Shown one piece after another: positions 1-9,497 of a DNA stretch of 64,000 bases. The translations under genes and the position numbers were made by a program. Numbering within the stretch: position 1 is the first letter of the stretch; each line of letters starts with the position of its first letter. Source of the stretch: a virus; IMG/VR virus record IMGVR_UViG_3300034121_000850, positions 1 through 64,000 of that record; one strand, 5' to 3'. The notes beneath the pieces were generated by a model that worked only from the letters and a program-made list of their open reading frames with translations, ran no database searches and was not told the DNA's origin.

Positions 1-60
1 AAGAAATGAAAGTTTCATTTAAATTAAATCCATTGGTATTCCCAATGATGTAATTAATAT

Positions 61-459
61 GGGGGCGACTGGTTTTGATTGCAATACGAATATTACTAAC
101 AAGCATGAGAATGATATTATACTCATTAAAAATGTATATCACCAACAAACGGCAAAGTTAAGAACTTGTCTAATCATGTTGGGTTTGTAAACTATGCTGC
201 ACCACGTGTGCAGTATGGTATTGCTGCCTAAGTAAATGATATGAGCATCTATGCTTGGAAACAGAAAATAGAAAGCGTGAAGTAACTATAAAACTTAAAT
301 TATAGCAGTTCTTTATCTGTATAAAATAGAGTGGTGGAGTCAACTTCGGTTGGTCAATATCTTTTGTATGTTGTAGTAAGATAAATAACATAATAAGCTT
401 GTAATAGAATTAGTAATAGTAAATATTGTAAGACGAGAGTTCGATTCTCTCCGCCTCCA
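61..459 (+). ncRNA. ssrA: tmRNA (one-piece); predicted tag ORF 151-231
   Basis: 5' GGGGGCG pairs with 3' CGCCTCC-A, including a G.U pair; T-arm GAGAG-TTCGATT-CTCTC; helix 2 TTGCAATA/TATTGTAA and TATTACTAA/TTAGTAATA; pk1 ATGAG/CTCAT plus TGATAT/ATATCA; tag frame ends ...YGIAA-TAA. Confidence 0.95.
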
Positions 460-577
460 CAACAATGAATCTATGTGAAATTCATAACCGAAATAAAGCT
501 CTGTTTTTAAACACCTTGAAATGGTCGTCAGTTAAAGTCTGATACATTAAATTAAACAACATGAAAACATAACAACC

Positions 578-829
578 ATGAAAAAATTACTAATACTTTG
601 TACAATATTTGCATCATGCAGTGAACCACCTGTTCTTAATAATGAAGAAAATCCTTTCATTGTTAGTGGAATAGAAGCAGTATCTGCTACCCACGCTTTA
701 TATACAGATTTTAAAGCTAATGATAGTACTACTCATATTAAACAATCTATTGTTTTACATAGAGGATTATATAATATAGGTGATACTATATACTTTTACA
801 AATTTGATGCTCAACCTTTAAAGAAATAA
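578..829 (+). CDS. small lipoprotein, hypothetical
   Basis: N-terminus MKKLLILCTIFASC has a basic start, hydrophobic stretch and lipobox Cys. Confidence 0.65.
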   Translation: MKKLLILCTIFASCSEPPVLNNEENPFIVSGIEAVSATHALYTDFKANDSTTHIKQSIVLHRGLYNIGDTIYFYKFDAQPLKK

Positions 830-831
830 CT

Positions 832-1035
832 ATGTACGCTATATATGTAATTAAGAATTGTATTACAGAAGGTTATTATACTAATGTATTATCAGGTAAA
901 TATTGTTTTGCAGGTATATTATTTGCAAAAAAATTTCTTACTTATGGTGATGCAGAAAAAATAATAGAAGAAATTAATGCTGCTAAACAAGAAGGTTTAT
1001 ATTGTATTGAGAAACTTTTTATAGTATCAAAATAA
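832..1035 (+). CDS. hypothetical protein
   Basis: ATG ORF tightly packed in a co-directional early gene run. Confidence 0.7.
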   Translation: MYAIYVIKNCITEGYYTNVLSGKYCFAGILFAKKFLTYGDAEKIIEEINAAKQEGLYCIEKLFIVSK

Positions 1036-1074
1036 TGACAGAAGATAAAATGTTACATATTTAATAAAAAAGAA

Positions 1075-1293
1075 ATGAACTATAATAAGCACATATGGGA
1101 AGGTTGGACTGTTCAAGATTTCATTAATGAACTAAAACCTACTATTCAAATGATTATGGATGGTAAAAGTTATGTTAAACCTTTTGTTAATAAAGAAGAA
1201 TTAAAAGTATGGTGTATGGATAATCAACCATATTATAAGAAACACATTCCCGAATTAATAACATACTTTTGTTACACCTTTAATATTAAATAA
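1075..1293 (+). CDS. hypothetical phage protein
   Basis: ATG ORF with A-rich leader, abuts the kinase gene. Confidence 0.75.
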   Translation: MNYNKHIWEGWTVQDFINELKPTIQMIMDGKSYVKPFVNKEELKVWCMDNQPYYKKHIPELITYFCYTFNIK

Positions 1294-1294
1294 C

Positions 1295-2158
1295 ATGATA
1301 ATAGGAATTAGTGGTAAAATAGGTTCAGGTAAAGATACTGTTGGTCAAATTATTCAATATTTAGTTTATAGAAATGCTTATAAATTAGATATTATAGCTG
1401 ATATCAGTAAAGAAAACTTTGAAATATATAAAGCAAGTTTTGTTACTATTAAAGAAAGTAGTTGGCAAGTTAAAAAATTCGCAAGTAAACTTAAAGATAT
1501 TGTATGTCTTTTAATCGGTTGTACACGTGAACAACTTGAAGATAATAACTTTAAGAATGCTGAATTAGGGGAAGATTGGGTAAGATATGCTTATGCTATT
1601 GGTCATGGTGATAAAAATGGTCAAAGAACTATGTGGGATATAACTTGTACTAAAGAAAAATATGAACAAGAACGTATTGCTAATTGGCAAACTGCATATA
1701 AACAAGCAATAAACCCAAGATACCTTCTTCAACTATTAGGTACTGAAGCTTGTAGAGAAGTAATACATCAAGATATATGGGTTAACGCACTGTTTGCCGA
1801 TTATAAAGGTACACAATATACTCATATTGATGAACAATGTCCAAGACAAGGTGTAACTGAAGTAACAGAACAAGACGAATTAATGTATGGTTCTATTAAA
1901 TCTACACACCCTAATTGGATTATTACTGATATGCGTTTCCCTAATGAATTAGAAGCAGTTAAAGCACGTAATGGTATTACTATTAGAATTAATAGGAATT
2001 TTTATACAGGTGTAAATAATCATTTAGCAGCTCAACAACACGAATCAGAAATTGCTCTTGATAATGCTACATTTGATTATATTATATCTAATGATGGTAT
2101 TATCGAAGAACTAATTGATAAAGTTAAACAAGTATTAATCTTAGAAAAGATAATCTAA
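1295..2158 (+). CDS. deoxynucleoside monophosphate kinase
   Basis: IIGISGKIGSGKDT P-loop, FASKLK, PRYLLQLLGTE, ITDMRFPNE and HESE motifs of T4 gp1-like dNMP kinases. Confidence 0.9.
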   Translation: MIIGISGKIGSGKDTVGQIIQYLVYRNAYKLDIIADISKENFEIYKASFVTIKESSWQVKKFASKLKDIVCLLIGCTREQLEDNNFKNAELGEDWVRYAYAIGHGDKNGQRTMWDITCTKEKYEQERIANWQTAYKQAINPRYLLQLLGTEACREVIHQDIWVNALFADYKGTQYTHIDEQCPRQGVTEVTEQDELMYGSIKSTHPNWIITDMRFPNELEAVKARNGITIRINRNFYTGVNNHLAAQQHESEIALDNATFDYIISNDGIIEELIDKVKQVLILEKII

Positions 2159-2334
2159 TGTATAAGTTTTATAAGATATTTAGAAGTGGTGCAAGAAAAT
2201 ATTGTGCTACATTTGATAGTACTTTAGACCCTGATTACCATAGTTATATTAATTGGTGTAAAGAAAATAATACAGGTTGGGAATTATTAGATAATAATGG
2301 TAATATTAAATTTAGTAATAAAACTAATGAATAA
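2158..2334 (+). CDS. hypothetical protein, 58 aa (not in the supplied ORF track)
   Basis: ATG overlaps the kinase stop (TAATG); reads MYKFYKIFRSGARKYC...KTNE-TAA and fills the gap. Confidence 0.65.
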   Translation: MYKFYKIFRSGARKYCATFDSTLDPDYHSYINWCKENNTGWELLDNNGNIKFSNKTNE

Positions 2335-2355
2335 TCATCGTAAAAAAAATAACTA

Positions 2356-2541
2356 ATGTTAGAAAAACTTGTAGTACTTGACTTTACAACAGGAATAGTA
2401 ACTGTATATCCAAACTATATTGAAAATGCTGATTGTTCACCACCATTTGATTATGAATCAATGACTAATAATGAAGGTGAAATAATACTACATTTAAATA
2501 CACATTGGATGGTTACTAAAGAATCAATTATAATTAAATAG
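2356..2541 (+). CDS. hypothetical protein
   Basis: packed co-directional ORF. Confidence 0.65.
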   Translation: MLEKLVVLDFTTGIVTVYPNYIENADCSPPFDYESMTNNEGEIILHLNTHWMVTKESIIIK

Positions 2542-2543
2542 AA

Positions 2544-2726
2544 ATGATTAGACTAATTAATGTTGAAAGTAAAATATTTATAATAAATAAATATAAAATA
2601 TCATTTTTTGAACAAAGTGGTAAAAATACAAGAATTGTAATGCAAGATGGAACTTCTATTACGGTTGATATAAATATTAATAATATTATATCTTATCTTA
2701 AAGAACAAATTTTAATATCATTATAA
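2544..2726 (+). CDS. hypothetical protein
   Basis: packed ORF; stop overlaps the next ATG. Confidence 0.65.
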   Translation: MIRLINVESKIFIINKYKISFFEQSGKNTRIVMQDGTSITVDININNIISYLKEQILISL

Positions 2727-3169
2727 TGGGAGCAGGTAATACAATTATTAGACATGATGGTACTAGTTATAATACTTATTATTTAGAACATTATTCACAT
2801 TCTGATGACAATGATAAACCATATTGTGATGATAATCCTTGTATTTGTAATGAATATTTTATAGATGATTTAACAGGTAATATTTCAAGTTTTAAAAACC
2901 TTGTTAAAGCATATAAAAGATACATTCCTGATTGTAGAGTTATCGCTGAAAATAGTATTTTAATGGTTGTTATTGCAGATAATGAATGGTCAACTGCTAT
3001 TGCTTGCATTCCTATTTTAAATGATAATTATAATTATAATCATGGTGCATTTATTGCTTCTGCTAATTCTGTTATGAAAAAAGTAGCTGAAATGCAATCA
3101 ATTTATGCAAGAAATGGTGCATGGCAAAGTTCTGTAATAGAAGATGCTAAAAATTATGTTTTTTATTAA
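2726..3169 (+). CDS. hypothetical protein
   Basis: 147-aa ORF, TAATG coupling. Confidence 0.8.
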   Translation: MGAGNTIIRHDGTSYNTYYLEHYSHSDDNDKPYCDDNPCICNEYFIDDLTGNISSFKNLVKAYKRYIPDCRVIAENSILMVVIADNEWSTAIACIPILNDNYNYNHGAFIASANSVMKKVAEMQSIYARNGAWQSSVIEDAKNYVFY

Positions 3170-3186
3170 CCTTTAAATTAAATAGA

Positions 3187-3390
3187 ATGAAACTTTTAAG
3201 AACAAGATTTGAACGTGTATCTATTGATGTAACTGATATAGAGCATGAAGATAAAGTATATACGATAAAAACGTATAGAAATGAAGCAGCTAAAAAAACT
3301 TTAGAAGATGTTGTTACTGATTGGGAAGGTAACGATATTACTGATTCTGAATTAGGTGAATTATTACTTAACTTTTATAAAGCAAACTAA
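3187..3390 (+). CDS. hypothetical protein
   Basis: packed ORF. Confidence 0.7.
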   Translation: MKLLRTRFERVSIDVTDIEHEDKVYTIKTYRNEAAKKTLEDVVTDWEGNDITDSELGELLLNFYKAN

Positions 3391-3614
3391 TGGACTTTTT
3401 ACAAATACTCTTAAAAACTGGTTTAATTGTATCAACTATTGGAGTTTCAATATTTACAGCTAGAATTGCTTATGCTATTGGAAGATGTGAAGATAGTATG
3501 ATTGACCCAATGATAAAAGAAAATTTAATCATTACGATTAAAAATAATTTGCTTATATCATTATTTATTCTTATATTGCAGCTTGTTTGTTTAACAAATA
3601 TAATACAAGTGTAA
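3390..3614 (+). CDS. small membrane protein (2 TM)
   Basis: two hydrophobic segments; TAATG coupling. Confidence 0.65.
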   Translation: MDFLQILLKTGLIVSTIGVSIFTARIAYAIGRCEDSMIDPMIKENLIITIKNNLLISLFILILQLVCLTNIIQV

Positions 3615-3623
3615 TTGGTATTT

Positions 3624-3709
3624 GCCGTTGTGGTGGAATTGGTAGACACGAAGGACTTAAAATCCTTTGAACAGTGATGTTCGTGCAGGTTCGATTCCTG
3701 TTGACGGTA
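3624..3709 (+). tRNA. tRNA-Leu(TAA)
   Basis: acceptor GCCGTTG/TGACGGT; D-loop GGAATTGGTAGAC; anticodon arm AAGGA-CTTAAAA-TCCTT; long variable arm; T-arm GCAGG-TTCGATT-CCTGT; CCA not encoded. Confidence 0.95.
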
Positions 3710-3744
3710 CAATTAATAATAAACTAACCTTAATTAAAAACAAA

Positions 3745-4062
3745 ATGGAAAATCAAAATTTTATTCAAATTGGTGAGATTGAAAAAGTTGTAATACGTAA
3801 ACTACGTACAGCTGGAGATAAAGGTAATAAAATTGTAGAAGCTTTAGAAGCAACTATTGATAAATTACAAGTAAAAGAATCTTTTGTAATTACTTTATTA
3901 GATAATAGTGTTTACACAATAAAGAGTTATGTAAACAAAGCAGTAGCAAATATCATAGAGAAACAACAACTTAAAGAAGGTGTTCTTAAAATTGGTATTT
4001 ATACAAATGCTAAAGATAAAGATGGTAAGGTAATTTCTATTCGAGTATTTAGAACAATTTAA
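3745..4062 (+). CDS. hypothetical protein (start moved to ATG 3745)
   Basis: supplied start 3667 lies inside the tRNA; ATG 3745 has an A-rich leader. Confidence 0.75.
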   Translation: MENQNFIQIGEIEKVVIRKLRTAGDKGNKIVEALEATIDKLQVKESFVITLLDNSVYTIKSYVNKAVANIIEKQQLKEGVLKIGIYTNAKDKDGKVISIRVFRTI

Positions 4063-4083
4063 ACAAAAACAAAAACAATTAAA

Positions 4084-4650
4084 ATGAAAATCACAAAACT
4101 AACTAAAGCTAAGGATACAAGCGTTGTTTTAAGTAAAACTAAAACACGTGATTTAGTACACATTTTAATAAAAGATAATGTATCTGATGTTTTTCAATTT
4201 AAAACAGAAGAAAACAGAAAGAAAATTATTCTTAAATTTGTTGAAAAAGCTAAGAATAAAGTTGCTAAAAATTCAGAAGGTCTTATGACTCTTAATGAAG
4301 AACTATTTGTAGAATTTATAAGTAAAGTTTTATATTCTAAAATTTCAACTTATGAGAAATATGAAACAGTAGAAAGTGCTACTGAAAATTTAACACCTTT
4401 AGCTGCACAAATTGGTAGTTTTACTAAATTCATTGAAAGTGTTGAACCATTTACTAGAAATCTTATAAAAGATAATGGTATTAGTTTTATTAAAGGAAGT
4501 TGTGAAACTTTGTATTTAAAACTATTTGGTGGTTATGAACTTGTTATACAACACTTAGGAGAAGTAAAAGTAACAGAAGGTGTTTATAGAGATAGTTTCA
4601 AATATGAAATTAAGCAGTATAGAAAAATGCTGTATAACGTGAAATATTAA
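4084..4650 (+). CDS. hypothetical protein
   Basis: 188-aa ORF with AAACAA-rich leader, followed by a terminator. Confidence 0.8.
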   Translation: MKITKLTKAKDTSVVLSKTKTRDLVHILIKDNVSDVFQFKTEENRKKIILKFVEKAKNKVAKNSEGLMTLNEELFVEFISKVLYSKISTYEKYETVESATENLTPLAAQIGSFTKFIESVEPFTRNLIKDNGISFIKGSCETLYLKLFGGYELVIQHLGEVKVTEGVYRDSFKYEIKQYRKMLYNVKY

Positions 4651-4656
4651 TATTAT

Positions 4657-4684
4657 GGGGTAAGTGTAAAAGCTTACCCCTTTT
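4657..4684 (+). terminator. intrinsic terminator
   Basis: GGGGTAAG-TGTAAAAG-CTTACCCC-TTTT. Confidence 0.8.
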
Positions 4685-4695
4685 AATACCAAACT

Positions 4696-5118
4696 ATGAA
4701 AGATTCTATAGAATTAAAAAATATTGAAAATACTGTTAATGCAACAGCAGTAAGATTGTTTGGTGAAGCAGGATTAGAAGCTTTAGAAAAACCTATGGCA
4801 AGATGTCCTGTTGATTTTACTCATGCTATTGAATTTGATAAAATTAAAGAACATATTAATTGTACTGAATGTAATAAGATTTACCATGTAGGTCAATGTA
4901 CTTACGGTGAATTACATGGTAGAATTTTAATTTATCAAAGTATTACCAATATTTTAGGAACAACTATGAGTAGTCAATCTAAACTACTTAATGATAAACT
5001 TTTAACTTATAAACAACAACTATTAAAAGCTAGAGAACAAAATTTAGGTGAAATGGTTATAAGATTAATGGGTAGAATTGAAGCAATTGAAACTATTAAA
5101 AAAGATTTAAATTTATAA
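4696..5118 (+). CDS. hypothetical protein with possible CxxC zinc site
   Basis: CTECN..H...C cluster; packed before the helicase. Confidence 0.75.
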   Translation: MKDSIELKNIENTVNATAVRLFGEAGLEALEKPMARCPVDFTHAIEFDKIKEHINCTECNKIYHVGQCTYGELHGRILIYQSITNILGTTMSSQSKLLNDKLLTYKQQLLKAREQNLGEMVIRLMGRIEAIETIKKDLNL

Positions 5119-5119
5119 A

Positions 5120-6523
5120 ATGGAACTAACAGTAAAAAAAGAATTTATTAAACTTACAGACCATCAGTTTAGTATTCTAAATGATATTAAGAATTGGGTT
5201 AATTTTAGTAAAAATACTACTGCTGCACTATCAGGAGCAGCAGGTACAGGTAAAAGTACTCTAATATCTTTTCTTATTAAACACTTAGAAAACAGTAATA
5301 AAATCTGTATAAGTGCGCCTACACATAAGGCAAAAAAAGTAATGGAAGATATGCTTAAAGTTAAAGGCACTCCTGTTAATTCTGGTACTATTCAATCTTT
5401 ATTAGGCTTAAAATTAGATACTGATTTAACTACTTTTGACCCATTTAATCCTGCTTTTGCCGTATTAGGACTTCAAACTATTTATAATTATAAACTTGTT
5501 ATAATAGATGAATCTTCTATGATTAATAAAGATTTATTTAGTATGATTAAAAATATAACAGAAAAAGCTAAAATTAAAGTTCTTTTTGTTGGTGATGAAT
5601 ATCAATTACCCCCTGTAAAAGAAGATAGTTGCCAATGTTTCAAAGTTACTGAAACACATGATGTTTATAACTTAACTACTATTATTAGACAAGAAAATGA
5701 TAATCCTGTTCTAAATGTATTATCAGCTCTTAGAGAAGAAATAGGTAATAAAACTTATAATCTTGATAGAATTAAAGCTTTATTAACTACAACGGAACCA
5801 ACTATGAGGGATTGTGTTACTAATAAATTTAATGGGCAAAAAGGTTATTTAGCTTTAAATAAAGAAGATTTTATAACATATCTTAGAAAGTCTTTTTTAG
5901 CTTATCATTTATCTGATTCATTATTCGATATTAAATATATTGCATGGACAAATGAATCAGTTGAACTTTTAAATAAAGTTATAAGAACAACTTTAAATAA
6001 TAGTAAAGAACCTTTTGTAGTAGGAGATATAATTACAGGATATTCTACTGTTTTGTTTGATGAACAAATCATTATTACAAATTCAGAAGAATATAAAATT
6101 CTAAATGTAGAACCTATAGTTGTAAATGCTTTTAATAATGTTTCTTCTCAACGTATGGATATTGAAACAGTAGTAGGAACAATAACAGAAATAAATGTTG
6201 CTATCCCTGATGCAAATTATGTTGATGAATTAAAATTGTTATTAGCACAAGGTAAACATAATAGGAAATGGAAACAATATTATTATTTTAAAGCTAATTT
6301 TCTAAATCCTGTTACTATTCTTAATGAAAAAGGTAAAGCTTTCATTAGAAAAGATTTAGATTATGGTTATGGTATTACAATACATAAATCACAAGGTAGT
6401 ACATACCAATGTGTTTTTGTTAGTTATTATGATATTATAAGAAATCAAAATATTGATGAAGTTTTTAGACTATTGTATGTTGCTTTTAGTAGAACATCAA
6501 AAACTCTAATAATACTTGTATAA
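5120..6523 (+). CDS. SF1B Dda/RecD-like DNA helicase
   Basis: GAAGTGKS, SAPTHKA, IIDESSM, VGDEYQLPPV, IIRQ, TIHKSQGSTY, YVAFSR. Confidence 0.95.
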   Translation: MELTVKKEFIKLTDHQFSILNDIKNWVNFSKNTTAALSGAAGTGKSTLISFLIKHLENSNKICISAPTHKAKKVMEDMLKVKGTPVNSGTIQSLLGLKLDTDLTTFDPFNPAFAVLGLQTIYNYKLVIIDESSMINKDLFSMIKNITEKAKIKVLFVGDEYQLPPVKEDSCQCFKVTETHDVYNLTTIIRQENDNPVLNVLSALREEIGNKTYNLDRIKALLTTTEPTMRDCVTNKFNGQKGYLALNKEDFITYLRKSFLAYHLSDSLFDIKYIAWTNESVELLNKVIRTTLNNSKEPFVVGDIITGYSTVLFDEQIIITNSEEYKILNVEPIVVNAFNNVSSQRMDIETVVGTITEINVAIPDANYVDELKLLLAQGKHNRKWKQYYYFKANFLNPVTILNEKGKAFIRKDLDYGYGITIHKSQGSTYQCVFVSYYDIIRNQNIDEVFRLLYVAFSRTSKTLIILV

Positions 6524-6535
6524 TTATTAATAATC

Positions 6536-6564
6536 GCGGAGGTTGAAATATACCTCCGCTATTT
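6536..6564 (+). terminator. GC-rich hairpin between helicase and polymerase (weak U-tail)
   Basis: GCGGAGGT-TGAAATAT-ACCTCCGC-TATTT. Confidence 0.6.
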
Positions 6565-6575
6565 ACACTAACCTT

Positions 6576-8900
6576 ATGATATATTTTATTACAACAAAAG
6601 AATACAATTTTACTAATGAAAATTTAACTTTTGTTAATCCTGCAAAAGGTAAAGAAATTTTAAAAGATTTTTACGATAATAATAAACATATCGCTTTAGA
6701 TACTGAAACAACAGGTTTAGATGCTTATGTAAATGATATTGTATTAACAGGATTTGGTAATGTAGAAACTCAAATTATTGTAGATAGTAGATATGTTAAA
6801 TTAAAAGATATTATTCCTACTGATTATGCTTCTAAAGTATATGTTGGGCATAATCTAAAATTTGATTATTCTATGATTTTAATCAATGATAAAATTGATT
6901 TAAAATTTCTTTGGGATACTATGATTGTTGAACAACGCATAACACAAGGTTATGAAGTATCTACAAGTTTAGAAGAAACATTGCTTAGAAGATTAGAGGT
7001 AACTGTTGATAAATCAACAACATTAGATTTTACTTATAAATATTTTGAATTACAATTTAAACACTTAGAATATTTAAAAGAAGATTTAGTACATTTATTA
7101 CCATTAAAAGAAAAGCAAACAGAATGGATAACAAAGCTTAGACAAGAAAATTTATTTTACAAAATAGAATTTCCTTTAATAAGATATATTGCTCAAGCAG
7201 AATTAGAAGGTTTTGTATTAAATAAAGAAGCGTGGATTAAAAATATTAAAAATAATGAAATTATTAAATATGAAAAAGAATTAGCTTTAGATGAAGAAGT
7301 TAGAAGTTTACGTGTAATTAAGAATTTTGAGAATGATGAAATATTTAAAAGATTATCAGGAGGAAAATTTGATAGAAACAGAAGTAAAGCACCTGATTAC
7401 TCTAATGTATTAGATTTATTTGGAGAACCAATGAGTTCTCAAACATTAACAGGATTAAAGAAGAAAATACAAGTAAGTGTTGGTTTAATGAATTGGAGTT
7501 CTCCTACTCAACTTATTGATTTATTTGCAAGACTTGAAGAACCTTTACCTACTAAATTTGGTGAATACGATATTCCTATATTTGATAGTATAAAAGGTGT
7601 TTTAAAACATGATATTGGTTTTATAACACAAGCTGAAAGCCTTGAACAATATTTTATTGAGAAACCGTTATCTGTTGTTAATAATCTTCTAAAACTTCTA
7701 TTAGAATATAGAGAAGTTGAAACTGAACTATCTTCTTTTGGTGTAAATTTCTTGGATAAAGTTAATCCTATTACAGGTAAAATTCACACTATTTATAGAC
7801 AAGCTAAAGCTGTTAATGGTAGATTACAAAGTGGTGGTGGTAAAAAAGAATCTGATAAATTTAATTCTCAAAATATACCAAGAAAGAAAACTATTAGACA
7901 ATGTTTTGGTACTGATGAAGGTTATAGTATAAGTACTGTAGATTTATCAGGAGCAGAAGCTATTACTATGGCATCTAAAGCACAAGATTTTAAATTAAAA
8001 AGACTTGTTGAAGCAGATATTCATAGTCATTTAGCAACTATTGGTTTTAAAAACATCTATTTATATAGAGCAGGATTAGATTTAGGTTTATGGGATAATA
8101 ATGAAGAAGGTGTAAGACATCGTCCTTTTCAAAAAGTTTATAATTTCTTTAAAAGAAAGAATAATTCAAAAATTCTGCATTTATTAGAAATAACAACAGA
8201 GAGAAAAGCTAAAGAAAATTATAATCTATATAAAACATTTTATGTTGATAAAAAACATAATGCTCATTTTAGGCAATCATGTAAAAATCTAACATTTGGT
8301 GGTATTTATGGTTGTAAACCTAAAAAAGCAGCTAAAACTATTGATGTTTCACGAGAAGAAGGATTAGTATATCTTAATACTGCTAAAAGTGAAATACCTG
8401 ATGTTTACAATCTTGTTGAAAGTAATGTTAAAAAAGCTTTAACTGATGGTTTTCTTGTATTAAATTCTAGAACAAATAGTCGTATTTGGTTTCCATTAGT
8501 ATTAGATGCTAAGAAAAATAAATATGATATAGATGACTCTGTTAAATATCAAGTAGAAGGTCAAGCACGTAATATTCCTATTAGTGGTACACAAGCTGAT
8601 ATGATTAAAGAAGCTATGGTTGAAATTGGTTCTTTCATTGAAAAGAATAAATTAGACTGTAAAATCCTTATACAAGTGCATGATGAACTTGTTGTTAAGC
8701 ATCCTTTAAATATGGATGGTGTATCAGAAGAATGGAAAGCTAAACCTCATTATGTTACTTTTACTTATGATAATGGCAAGACTAAATTAGTTTCTTTTGC
8801 TGAATTTACTGCTTTAACAATGGAAAAGGTTTGTAATAGATATTTAGTTAATATGACTATGAATACTGAAAGAAATACTTTACTAACATGGACAAAATAA
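6576..8900 (+). CDS. polA: family A DNA polymerase with 3'-5' exonuclease
   Basis: ExoI LDTETTG, ExoII GHNLKFD; motif A VDLSGAE, motif B RQSCKNLTFGGIYG, motif C QVHDEL; the supplied TTG start lies in a hairpin, so ATG 6576 is preferred. Confidence 0.95.
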   Translation: MIYFITTKEYNFTNENLTFVNPAKGKEILKDFYDNNKHIALDTETTGLDAYVNDIVLTGFGNVETQIIVDSRYVKLKDIIPTDYASKVYVGHNLKFDYSMILINDKIDLKFLWDTMIVEQRITQGYEVSTSLEETLLRRLEVTVDKSTTLDFTYKYFELQFKHLEYLKEDLVHLLPLKEKQTEWITKLRQENLFYKIEFPLIRYIAQAELEGFVLNKEAWIKNIKNNEIIKYEKELALDEEVRSLRVIKNFENDEIFKRLSGGKFDRNRSKAPDYSNVLDLFGEPMSSQTLTGLKKKIQVSVGLMNWSSPTQLIDLFARLEEPLPTKFGEYDIPIFDSIKGVLKHDIGFITQAESLEQYFIEKPLSVVNNLLKLLLEYREVETELSSFGVNFLDKVNPITGKIHTIYRQAKAVNGRLQSGGGKKESDKFNSQNIPRKKTIRQCFGTDEGYSISTVDLSGAEAITMASKAQDFKLKRLVEADIHSHLATIGFKNIYLYRAGLDLGLWDNNEEGVRHRPFQKVYNFFKRKNNSKILHLLEITTERKAKENYNLYKTFYVDKKHNAHFRQSCKNLTFGGIYGCKPKKAAKTIDVSREEGLVYLNTAKSEIPDVYNLVESNVKKALTDGFLVLNSRTNSRIWFPLVLDAKKNKYDIDDSVKYQVEGQARNIPISGTQADMIKEAMVEIGSFIEKNKLDCKILIQVHDELVVKHPLNMDGVSEEWKAKPHYVTFTYDNGKTKLVSFAEFTALTMEKVCNRYLVNMTMNTERNTLLTWTK

Positions 8901-8904
8901 AACA

Positions 8905-9255
8905 ATGGCATTAAAAAACATTCTAAGAACAAAGGAAATTTTAACCCACAGGGAGCAAAACAACGTATCTAACAGCGTTAAACCAAAAAGTCAAAGGGTG
9001 GTTGAATTGACCCATACTTTTAAGAATTACGAATATGAAGTTGGTGATGTTCTAATAATTAGAAAACAATCACACGCTTCTGATTACGATAGAGATATCG
9101 CTGCACAATATGACATTGATTACACTACTCCATTGACTGTTGAAACTATTAAAACTGATAGTAATAGTCCAACTTGTGTATTTCAAGTGGTAACTTTCAA
9201 AGAAATACCGAATGAACCACACATTGCTTATTTATTTAAACCTTATAAAGAATAA
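8905..9255 (+). CDS. hypothetical protein
   Basis: packed ORF. Confidence 0.75.
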   Translation: MALKNILRTKEILTHREQNNVSNSVKPKSQRVVELTHTFKNYEYEVGDVLIIRKQSHASDYDRDIAAQYDIDYTTPLTVETIKTDSNSPTCVFQVVTFKEIPNEPHIAYLFKPYKE

Positions 9256-9257
9256 TT

Positions 9258-9497
9258 ATGAAGATTACAAAAAAACAAATACTTAATAGAAATATTCCGA
9301 TTGATACTATAATTAAAGTAGCTTTTAATATAGTAGAAGGTCTTATAGATTTATTTGCAAATTCTGCTGGTTCTAAAAAAGCACAAATTGAAGCTTTACA
9401 AGCTGCTCAATTAGCTCAAGGAGAACTTATAGAAGCACTTGGTAGAGAAAATATACAAAGAATTGCTGATATTGAAGCATTAAATGCACGTAGATAA
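9258..9497 (+). CDS. hypothetical protein (amphipathic/coiled-coil)
   Basis: packed ORF overlapping the next gene. Confidence 0.7.
   Translation: MKITKKQILNRNIPIDTIIKVAFNIVEGLIDLFANSAGSKKAQIEALQAAQLAQGELIEALGRENIQRIADIEALNARR

Noticed and set aside
170-391. 73-aa minus-strand ORF
   Set aside because: Antisense to the tmRNA; shadow ORF
463-577. Possible 25-codon ORF (465-542) or small structured RNA after the tmRNA
   Set aside because: Only short weak stems and no recognisable riboswitch consensus; insufficient support
3470-3744. Minus ORF 3470-3712 and the N-terminal extension of ORF 3667
   Set aside because: Both overlap the tRNA-Leu gene
6543-6575. TTG start for PolA
   Set aside because: Lies inside a stable hairpin; the in-frame ATG at 6576 is more plausible
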